20,812 bases of DNA, taken from positions 248,001-268,812 of the forward strand of contig VRMN01000017.1 in the NCBI GenBank assembly GCA_008690995.1. The letters are read 5' to 3'. This document shows, in pieces, positions 1 to 8,188 of the stretch (position 1 is its first letter; each line of letters begins with the position of its first letter). This DNA is from Porphyridium purpureum. Its lineage: Eukaryota. A model generated the notes under the pieces. It was not told where the DNA came from. It worked only from the letters and a program-made list of their open reading frames with translations, and did no database searches. Both the position numbers and the translations under genes were made by a program.

Positions 1-459
1 CCGGTCTGTGTAGTATCCGTAAGCTCAGCAGACGGCCGCGCTCATGCGCTCACGGCGAGCTCGGTGCGAACCGAGCCGCGCACGGGTGCTAGCTTTGCGT
101 TCAATATCCAGAAGGGGTCCGTTTTTCGCTCATCTCTTGGCTTTGAAGGCTCACGCGTAGCGCTCCACTGGCTTCACCCCGTGCAAGAGTCTTTGGCGGA
201 ATACCACACCAAGTCAGTCACACTTGACACATCGCGCGCCGACTCGCTGTCAAATGTGGTCTCTCGTGACGAGATGGGCAGCGGCTGGCCGCCAGTGATT
301 GCGGGCTGCGCGGCGGTTCTAATTTGCACCGTGGTGTGTGTGACTGACGCAGGTGATCATTTGGTATACGTGTGCCGCGCAACACACGTTCCGGAAGACT
401 TGGGCACCGGCGTGTTCCTGACGTATGGCAACGGCAACTACTCCGTCCTGGAAGGTTAG
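1..459 (+). CDS. Flavin reductase-like domain protein, 5'-truncated by the window edge
   Basis: Frame 1 is open from base 1: PVCVVSVSSADGRAHALTASSV...FAFNIQKGS...PVIAGCAAVLICTV...DAGDHLVYVCR...LTYGNGNY, stop TAG 457-459. This matches the flavin reductase-like pattern (PV-VV, TASS, GDH, LxY..G.Y). Confidence 0.8.
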   Translation, partial: PVCVVSVSSADGRAHALTASSVRTEPRTGASFAFNIQKGSVFRSSLGFEGSRVALHWLHPVQESLAEYHTKSVTLDTSRADSLSNVVSRDEMGSGWPPVIAGCAAVLICTVVCVTDAGDHLVYVCRATHVPEDLGTGVFLTYGNGNYSVLEG

Positions 460-611
460 CATGCGCGCACGCTTGTGTGGGTTGAAAGATGGAGATGAAC
501 AAGCCGATGTCACGTGTCTGCTTGCGTCGTCCGACATTATAAATTTGATAGATTTCCCGGGGGCGGCTGGAACCATGTAAAGACGCATTGTAGGTAGTGG
601 TCAGAATTCTG

Positions 612-3600
612 TTAACTTTCAAGCCGCTTGAGCACTTCGGCACGGTCCGCGTCTGGTAAACCGCCTAGCAGCTCCGAGATTGATGCACGCACGGCGTCCA
701 GTCGCACCGGCGCAAGCAGCGCATCCAGGTTGGCACTGTTTTCGTCAAACCACTTCAGGAACGCGCGGTCATCGAGCCACACGGCATCGCCGCCCACAAG
801 TGCGCGCATGACTTCTGTGGCGGCGAGCCAGTCGAGTGCTGCGTTGACTTTCGCGACGTGCTTGCGCAGCTCTAGTTCACGCAGACGGCGCTTTGTGCGC
901 CAGAAAAAGTACTCGCGGGAGCGCTTCCACTCGACAACGTCACGAATGACGCCCTTGGCCAGCATGCGACCCGAACGGTCGTGCAGATCGGCAAACTCGT
1001 GAGCAATCTGGAGATAGATTGGCAGCAACAGATTTTCGCGCTTGCTGATAGCAGCCTTGATTTCTGCGCGATCCTTTTCTTCCGTAGCATTCTCAAGCCG
1101 CGCGTCAAGCGAAAGCAGCTCAGTGTCCAGGCGATGCATCGCCTTCAGCTGATCGGGCGCACGAAACTTGACCTCGCAGATGCCCGGCGGCTCCAAAATA
1201 CCGCCCCGGCTCTGCGTGTCCGCGTACATCTCCATCATCTTTTCATTAATGGTCGGGTCAACGACCACCCATGCACCGCCGCGAAGCTCCGCATTGGGTG
1301 GCAGATAGATCGAGACAGGCATATCATACTTGCGCAGCGCGTCCACAATCATGGCACCGAACTTGAGCACTTCACCAAACATGTCGCGCGTGCCGCCCGA
1401 GAAACCACGCCAGTTCGCAAAAATCATCAGCGGCAAATTCTCACCGCTGAAGTCTTCGATCGCCTGTGCCGTCTTGAAAGCAGAGTCTGGGTACCATACT
1501 TGCCCGGCTTGAGGTTCAAGCGTCTCACGCGATGCCGCATTTGCTGGATCGGCCGGGATCACGCGATCAAAAGTGCGCGTTTCGACAGCAATCACTCCGT
1601 ACGGAATCCCGCCAAGCCTGGCGCGGCCTACTACTACACTCCTACCCCAGCCAGCTAGGTATTCTTTGAAGCTGCCGGCGTCAAAGAAGCCACGCAACAC
1701 CTTGCCATCCGGCTGCACACTTCCACGCAACATATCACGCACATCATACGTGGCCCCACCGCCTTTGGGCGGTACAAACTCGACATCGCGGCCGATTGGA
1801 TCTGCAGGCGGTCCCGCAAGTATAGGCGGACTGCCGCGTGCTGTCGCCGGCACGTACGCGAGCCAGTCCAAGATCGCAATGACACCTTCCTGGTCGTTCT
1901 CGACGAGTTCGTGCGTCACGCCATTAGGCACCATGATTTGGGGCCCTCCAAGCTGATCCAGTGAAGAGTATACGTCACGCCCTAGAAGCTTGTTCAGCGC
2001 CTGGAAGCCAGTGAGAATGATCGGTCCATTCGTTTGCTGGATGGTGCGCTGGCCCAGTCTCACCAAATAAGCGCCGATGCCAACCGAACGCCCCGTCACG
2101 TAGCTCAGCGTGAAACTTTCGTCGTACGCACGACTAGTCTCTCCAGCGATGAGACCGGAACCCCTCAGGTTCTCGACGCCGATGCCATGTGCAGTGCCAA
2201 TGATATCTTTGAGAACGTAACGCACTTCCTCCCCCTTTTCCCCAGAACCCGCGCATATGCGCCTTTCCGCGATGACTGTACCTTCAGGCAACTCATTGTA
2301 GTCCTTCTCTGACAAATACAAGTACTCGAAGCCAAGTGTTGGGTTCGACTCGTCGCGAAACTGCACTTTGAACATCGGTTTCAGCGACTCGACGAGGCCA
2401 ATACGTGCACCGCTGTTGCTCGACAGATAAATGCGCGGAATGCTACGCACACGGGCATACTCGGACGCTTTGAAAAAGAACTCGTCCTCAGCGACGCCAA
2501 ACGATCCGGCCTGGAATGTTACATCATTGGCAATAACCACGATCTCGCGACCAGATGGATATTCTGGTGTCTTGAGCGTGATGAGCCATGCGACCATACC
2601 AATCTCGTTCTGGCCCGGTGCGCGCTCCACAGGAGACAGCTCCTGCGTTTCTTTATCCAGCACAAGTTCGCGCGTCCTCATGAGCGATCCGAATTGTGGT
2701 GTGACGGGCGGGTTAGTCGAGCGCGTGCGAGCTCGCGACCACTGCTTCACGAGTGCAATTTCAAACAAGGCCATGAAATCGTAAGCGTACGTCGATCCGA
2801 CGCGACGTGCCGCGCGGCGCTTGAGCTGCTCCGGTCCACTCTTCGTGTAATACGGCCGCGACGCTGAAGCATTCAGCTGCTGTCCTTGTGCTATTTGCTG
2901 CTCCTCGTACGGCACATACTGCTCTGTTACGCCAGTGATCGGGTTCTGAATCTCTGCAAAAGCATCGGTCTTAAAGAACGTCCGCTGTGATTGCGCACCC
3001 GCGTAACCGCCTGTCGGCGACGCCCAAAGACGCACTGCCTGCTGGACTTCATTTCCAGTGCTGTCCGCTTCGAATGGCACGCGTATCTTGAGCTCGATGT
3101 TTTCCACACGCAGTCGGATCAGCCGTTCTGCGTACTTGACCATTAACGCTTCCATATCTGCTCGAAGGTGTCGAACCGTGTGCGCCGGAGGCAACTTTTT
3201 CGTGGGTCCGCCGGTCTGTTCAATGTACGCCGCCCCTTGGACAGGCTGCAATACGTTCAAAAACATGTTACAGGTGGCGGTGGGGTCTACACGCGGGTTC
3301 ACGATGCCAGCGTCGAGCTGGTCCATGAGGATGAGCAGCACTTTTTCCATCACGCCAGGTACAGACATATCTGAGTGCGAAATACCTCGCAGAAAGAGGG
3401 ACTGCGTGCGAGGCCGTGTGAGTGCCACTTCTTGGTCGCGCTTCTCGGTGCCTAGCCAAAGTTGAGCGTTTCGCAAGTAAATGGGTAGTCGTTGCAGTTC
3501 AAAGTTCTCACTCAGCCGGCTGAGCTCAAGCAAATAGGGGAAGGACGTGCGCATGTCACGTCGCAAGGCGTCTTCTGCATAGTTTTCGCAGTAGTTGAAC

Positions 3601-6600
3601 GAGAACATGCGCGGTGCTTTTGGCGCCTGGTTCACCAGCAAATTGACCGTGCGAACGCCGGCCTCGTTGCGAAGCTGGAGGTTACGCGCCTGCAACAAAC
3701 CCTCCCAACGCGAAATGAAGCCGCGCTCCTCTTCTGAGCCCTGAGGTAACGCACCAACCGGCCCGTTAAAGCTGATGATTAGCGTACCGATCGGCTCCTG
3801 CTCCTCCTCCTTCTTTTCCTTCGTCCACTCTGCCGCAAAGTCATCAATGATCGAAGGGAGCTTGTCTTGTGCGGTCGCCATCGAATCGCACGCCACCAGT
3901 CGCCCAAGCCGCATGGGCGAGCCCCGTACAATGTCTGCGTACGAAAACCGCCACGTTGCCACAATGCCGGAATCTGTGCGCTCGATGTTCAAAGCGTGGA
4001 TAACATGCGCACGGTAAACGCGGCGAATGTACACTTCAAGTGCAGCGCGGGCGACTTGCGCGTCCATGTCCAGGAAGAGTGAGCAAAGGAGGTCGACCGA
4101 CACACTCAGCGCACGCGACTTGGCAATCTCATCGAGTGCCGTAGAGTCGTTTCCCTTTGACATGATAAACTGGCGCACGTCTGCTAACCGCGAGTTGAAG
4201 TCTGGCGTGCGCAGTGCAGTCAGCAGCTGACCCGCTGCAACTACCACATCTCCATAGTTCTGGCTCTTCAGCTTCGTAAGAGCGGTCAAAGCGGCGTCGA
4301 GCTCCGGAGACAAAAGTGTGTCGTTCGGAAAGCGGTCCGGAAGCGTTCCTAGCTGGCGCAGAAGCGAGAGAACAAGCTCCGCGCGCCGCGGCAGTGTCAG
4401 GTGCGCTGCGATCATTTGGATTGCTGCCGCGTCGCTACCGGCGCTCTTCTTGATTGCCAAAATCGAATCATTGAGCGCGCGTCCGTCAAAATGTTCTTCG
4501 ACGCGAACAAATTCTTCGATGAGCGGCACGAGCCGAGAGATAATGTCGCATGCCGTGACTGGGTCTTCGATCGACTCTTCTGCTGAGCCAGCGTTTGAGT
4601 CCACCAACTGCTGCAACGCCGGGCCAACGCTTCCTTGGAAACCGTCTAGGATCAGCCGGAGCTTGTACGCCGCGATATCCACCGCATAGGTGCCAGCGCC
4701 TGTGCCCGCCGCGCCCATGCCAAGAGCAAGGACGTCACGGCCTTCGGGTTTGCGAATGTTAAGGACACCATCAAAGTCAGACACAGGCGACGCCTTGGAT
4801 GGGTCGTCGAGATCAAGCCGCGCAAGCAGGTCACCTGTCTTGATGATGGAGCCGGCGGCAAGCTCGTGGCGCAGCATGCCGGTCTCGCCTGCTGAGAGCT
4901 GCATAATCATCTTCATGGCCTCGAGCTCCACGTAAGGCTCGCCCTTCTTCACCGCATCACCATCCTGTTTGAGAAAGCGCACCACCTTGCCCGTTACGTC
5001 GCTGCGCAATTCAGATGGGTCAAAGATCGTCGGAATCATTACGGTGCTCCCATTGATAATCATGCGCAATCCGAGGGGCTCCTCTACGCCAGAAACTGAA
5101 TACACATTCTCACCCATGGTGCACAGTAGGCTCTGGTCCGGCTGCTCACGCACTTTGACGTCTAGCGACCACGTGCTCATCGAGCTTCCAGCTTTTGCCG
5201 CGGCCCCACTTGCAGAGCTTCCACTCGCGCTATCAAGCAAATTCAGGCGGAGCACGTCTGGCGCCAATCGGCCCACCTCAAAAGTGAAGCGGAGGCCCAT
5301 GTAGGTGATTTCGACGCTAAACTTGTTCAGAGCGTTCAACTCGGACACGAACGTGCTCTGACCACGCGCAAGCTGCTCAAGGCATGCGAGTTTGCCGCGT
5401 TTGATGGTGTCATGGGCGCGATACACAGCTGCAGCAAGAACGGCAGTGTCGCGATCCAGCTCAAATTTGACCGACTTTTCGCGGATCAGACGATCAAGCC
5501 ATGAGGTATCGATAGTATTCTGCTTGAATTCATCAGTCTCAAGCAGTTGCACCAAGTATTCGACCGGATTGCGAATCTCGCCGCGCGCTTCAAGCTCCTT
5601 GAGTGCCAGCACCAATGCCTTGCGCGCATCCTCACGGTTTGCGCCGCTGGCAAAAACATGCCCAAACTGCGAATCGGCAAACTCGTGAATCCCACCCTGC
5701 GCACCGACTGAAAAGTAGCCCCAGACGTCCGGACTGCTCTGAAATCGCACGCGCTCCACACGACCGCTCGTTGGCTTGAATCCTTCGTCCGGGTTTTCGG
5801 CGGTGATGCGAGCTGCGATGACGTGGCTGCGAAGCGGCTGGTACATTTCGGTCATAAAGTCGATCGGCGAGTCGCCGTATGCATCTGTGCCATCACGTCC
5901 GTACAGTCGTCGGATATCGGGCACGCGCGATAGTGCAATGCCCATCGCTACCTGCAGCTGCGTGGCGGGCATGTTCACGCGTGTGAGGCCCTCCGTCACT
6001 GGATGCTCGACCTGAAGCCGCGGGTTGAGCTCGAGGAAGAAAAACTTTTGCGTGTCCGCATTGTACAGGTACTCCACGGTTCCGGCTCCGCGGTAGCCGA
6101 TCGATTGCGTTAAGCGCTGCGCTGCGCGCTCCATTTCCCGGAAGACCGAAGGCTCCACGATAACGGGCGGTCCCTCTTCGAATATTTTTTGAAAGCGGCG
6201 CTGCGTGGAGCAGTCGCGCCCGTTCAGCGCTACCGCGTTGCCGTACTCATCTCCTACGATCTGGACCTCAATGTGTCTCGCGTTCTTGCACAACTGCATC
6301 ATGAAGATCGGACTCCCGGGTACTTCATTTACCACCTGTTCATAATTCGAGCGCAGCTCTGTTTCGTTCGCAGACATGCGAATGCCCTTGCCACCGCCGC
6401 CTTCGGACGCCTTTGTCATGATCGGGTAGCCGATGCGCTCGGCCACTGCGATCGCCTCGTCAACGTTGTGCACCATCGCTTGCTCAAATATCTCACGCGG
6501 GATCGTGCCGTCCTCTGACAGCTCTGCCGTCAGTCCATCGCCCGACCACGGGATGCTGGGCACGTTGGCCGTTTGTGCCAAAATGTTCGCGCCAATCTTG

Positions 6601-7163
6601 TCGCCCAGCACGGCCATGACGGGACCCGTCGGCCCGATGAACTGGATGCCCAGCTTGGCGAGTGAATTAGGCAATCGAGGGTTCTCAGATGCGTGGCCCC
6701 AGCCCGGCCACACTGCGTCGACGCCCTCGCGCTTCGCCATCGCACAGATCAACTCCACGTTGGCATAGTTGTTACGGTTTGGGCCGCCGGGTACCTCCAC
6801 AAAAGAATCTGCGAGGCGCACAAACTCGGCGTTGGCGTTGAGATCCTCTGGTGTGGCCATCGCAACAAATTCAATCGCTCGCTCCGAGCCTATTTCATAG
6901 TACGCCCACTTGCGCATGGACAGAATGGCCTTGGTGGCCGCCATGCCGTTGTTCGCGATCAGCACTTTCCGAATGACGCGCTTGCCGCCGCGAGCGTCCA
7001 CGTACTCCTGGAGCTGCTTCAGGTTTGTCTGATTCCGCGGCGACGCCGGCGGCGACGCTGATGCCGGTTTTTCCTCCACGCTAGCGCTCATGCGCAACAC
7101 CCCTGGCGCCGCGCCCCGCACGCCCGCCGGCTGATTGCCGCTGGTCCCTGCGCGCTTTCTCAT
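612..7163 (-). CDS. ACC1: Homomeric multidomain acetyl-CoA carboxylase (BC-BCCP-central-CT), plastid-type; true start probably further upstream (7306 or 7336-7342)
   Basis: Uninterrupted 2183-aa ORF. Biotin carboxylase motifs KVLIANNG, WPGWGHASENP, KASEGGGGKGIR, RDCSTQRRFQKIFEEGP and FLELNPRLQVEHPVTE; biotin attachment motif EAMKM (Lys codon 4911-4913); carboxyltransferase motifs ANDVTFQAGSFG, GVENLRGSGLIAGETS, AGQVWYPDSAFKTA and ANWRGFSGG. Confidence 0.97.
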   Translation of the reverse strand: MRKRAGTSGNQPAGVRGAAPGVLRMSASVEEKPASASPPASPRNQTNLKQLQEYVDARGGKRVIRKVLIANNGMAATKAILSMRKWAYYEIGSERAIEFVAMATPEDLNANAEFVRLADSFVEVPGGPNRNNYANVELICAMAKREGVDAVWPGWGHASENPRLPNSLAKLGIQFIGPTGPVMAVLGDKIGANILAQTANVPSIPWSGDGLTAELSEDGTIPREIFEQAMVHNVDEAIAVAERIGYPIMTKASEGGGGKGIRMSANETELRSNYEQVVNEVPGSPIFMMQLCKNARHIEVQIVGDEYGNAVALNGRDCSTQRRFQKIFEEGPPVIVEPSVFREMERAAQRLTQSIGYRGAGTVEYLYNADTQKFFFLELNPRLQVEHPVTEGLTRVNMPATQLQVAMGIALSRVPDIRRLYGRDGTDAYGDSPIDFMTEMYQPLRSHVIAARITAENPDEGFKPTSGRVERVRFQSSPDVWGYFSVGAQGGIHEFADSQFGHVFASGANREDARKALVLALKELEARGEIRNPVEYLVQLLETDEFKQNTIDTSWLDRLIREKSVKFELDRDTAVLAAAVYRAHDTIKRGKLACLEQLARGQSTFVSELNALNKFSVEITYMGLRFTFEVGRLAPDVLRLNLLDSASGSSASGAAAKAGSSMSTWSLDVKVREQPDQSLLCTMGENVYSVSGVEEPLGLRMIINGSTVMIPTIFDPSELRSDVTGKVVRFLKQDGDAVKKGEPYVELEAMKMIMQLSAGETGMLRHELAAGSIIKTGDLLARLDLDDPSKASPVSDFDGVLNIRKPEGRDVLALGMGAAGTGAGTYAVDIAAYKLRLILDGFQGSVGPALQQLVDSNAGSAEESIEDPVTACDIISRLVPLIEEFVRVEEHFDGRALNDSILAIKKSAGSDAAAIQMIAAHLTLPRRAELVLSLLRQLGTLPDRFPNDTLLSPELDAALTALTKLKSQNYGDVVVAAGQLLTALRTPDFNSRLADVRQFIMSKGNDSTALDEIAKSRALSVSVDLLCSLFLDMDAQVARAALEVYIRRVYRAHVIHALNIERTDSGIVATWRFSYADIVRGSPMRLGRLVACDSMATAQDKLPSIIDDFAAEWTKEKKEEEQEPIGTLIISFNGPVGALPQGSEEERGFISRWEGLLQARNLQLRNEAGVRTVNLLVNQAPKAPRMFSFNYCENYAEDALRRDMRTSFPYLLELSRLSENFELQRLPIYLRNAQLWLGTEKRDQEVALTRPRTQSLFLRGISHSDMSVPGVMEKVLLILMDQLDAGIVNPRVDPTATCNMFLNVLQPVQGAAYIEQTGGPTKKLPPAHTVRHLRADMEALMVKYAERLIRLRVENIELKIRVPFEADSTGNEVQQAVRLWASPTGGYAGAQSQRTFFKTDAFAEIQNPITGVTEQYVPYEEQQIAQGQQLNASASRPYYTKSGPEQLKRRAARRVGSTYAYDFMALFEIALVKQWSRARTRSTNPPVTPQFGSLMRTRELVLDKETQELSPVERAPGQNEIGMVAWLITLKTPEYPSGREIVVIANDVTFQAGSFGVAEDEFFFKASEYARVRSIPRIYLSSNSGARIGLVESLKPMFKVQFRDESNPTLGFEYLYLSEKDYNELPEGTVIAERRICAGSGEKGEEVRYVLKDIIGTAHGIGVENLRGSGLIAGETSRAYDESFTLSYVTGRSVGIGAYLVRLGQRTIQQTNGPIILTGFQALNKLLGRDVYSSLDQLGGPQIMVPNGVTHELVENDQEGVIAILDWLAYVPATARGSPPILAGPPADPIGRDVEFVPPKGGGATYDVRDMLRGSVQPDGKVLRGFFDAGSFKEYLAGWGRSVVVGRARLGGIPYGVIAVETRTFDRVIPADPANAASRETLEPQAGQVWYPDSAFKTAQAIEDFSGENLPLMIFANWRGFSGGTRDMFGEVLKFGAMIVDALRKYDMPVSIYLPPNAELRGGAWVVVDPTINEKMMEMYADTQSRGGILEPPGICEVKFRAPDQLKAMHRLDTELLSLDARLENATEEKDRAEIKAAISKRENLLLPIYLQIAHEFADLHDRSGRMLAKGVIRDVVEWKRSREYFFWRTKRRLRELELRKHVAKVNAALDWLAATEVMRALVGGDAVWLDDRAFLKWFDENSANLDALLAPVRLDAVRASISELLGGLPDADRAEVLKRLES

Positions 7164-7413
7164 CCGCCCGCTGGTCGGCGCGGTGAACGACGCGACCCGC
7201 TCCGCCGCCTTTCATCCATCGCGCGCGCTGCCTGGAGCGCGCCGCCGCCACGCAGCATATTGCCACAATACGCTTGCAAGGGCGGCTGGAACTGAAACGC
7301 CAGCATCGCCGCCGCACCACCCTCCCTCCTCCTCATCATCATCTTCTCTCCATCCCCCCCTGTCGGCGGCATCATGCACCGTGGCCCGCACCCCACCTCC
7401 CACCACACACGCT

Positions 7414-7460
7414 CAGCAGCAGCAGCAGCAGCAGCAGCAGCGTCTCTCTCTCTCTCTCTC
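7414..7460. repeat. Compound microsatellite (CAG)9 + (TC)9 upstream of the ACC gene
   Basis: cag x9 at 7414-7440 followed by tc x9 at 7443-7460. Confidence 0.95.
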
Positions 7461-7672
7461 CCGTGCTCTCTTGCCCTCTCGTCCCCATCTCTCACCCCAC
7501 CCCCTTGCGTGAGACCCGCCTTATCACATCCACAAGCCGAAATCTCCATGTGTTCTGCTTTTGCGTTCTGTTTTCGCGTCGCGCCTCGAGCTCGATCAAG
7601 TACACTTGCATTCAAACTGAACCTTCACATGGCACTTTTATCGTGGAATATAGTCATCCCTCTCTGCCTGCC

Positions 7673-7936
7673 TGATGACGTGATGAGGAGTCATCAAATA
7701 CTTAATGATGACAACTCTCCGTTGGTTGGTGACCGTAATGGTTAACCACAGTAGTATATCATTCGAGTGTGAGAGACGGCCGACGAGTCGGCGCTCTGTC
7801 TCCTTTGGAGGTAAGAGCTAGGTTGTGTTAAGGAGTAAAGTCGTCTTGTTGTGGACCTCTTGCTTCAGCTAGCCACCAGTAGTTTACTATTGGTACACGT
7901 TTGGTATACGCGTGCTTCACGAAGACGCTATCATCA
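7673..7936 (+). repeat. Putative 5' LTR of element A (left end uncertain: TGATGA at 7673, 7681 or 7706)
   Basis: Ends ...TCATCA two bases before the PBS, and the inverted terminus TGATGA occurs at 7673, 7681 and 7706. The second LTR is not in the window, so the start cannot be fixed. Confidence 0.65.
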
Positions 7937-7938
7937 AA

Positions 7939-7954
7939 GGGTTATGAGCCCAGC
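7939..7954 (+). promoter_or_regulatory. Primer-binding site complementary to the anticodon stem-loop region of initiator tRNA-Met (half-tRNA priming)
   Basis: GGGTTATGAGCCCAGC. Its reverse complement GCTGGGCTCATAACCC is the eukaryotic tRNAiMet anticodon-arm sequence, the same PBS type as Drosophila copia and yeast Ty5. Confidence 0.9.
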
Positions 7955-8188
7955 CTTTGCGCTGCGGTGTTTCCCTCATCTTTCTTCTTCTTGCTTGCTT
8001 GACTAACCACCTATTGTGGTAGTGTTTCTATCATTCGGTCATTCCCCAACTCTACCCTCGATCACGCTTTGGAAAAGCGACTGTGGCAGCGCGACAGCCA
8101 AGACGCTGATCGGCGCCGCGAACATCGAGAAGGAAAAAAGAGGCGCTCGAAGCGCAACTGGTGAGCGCGACGCGCCCAGTGTTTGGTC

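Noticed and set aside
628..7061. Numerous antisense and alternate-frame ORFs over the ACC gene (likewise over the retroelement ORFs)
   Set aside because: Expected shadow ORFs of GC-rich coding DNA, with no recognisable motifs.
7135..7745. PolyQ/polyS/polyA-containing ORFs upstream of ACC
   Set aside because: The homopolymer runs come from the (CAG)9 microsatellite read in different frames; there is no other coding evidence.
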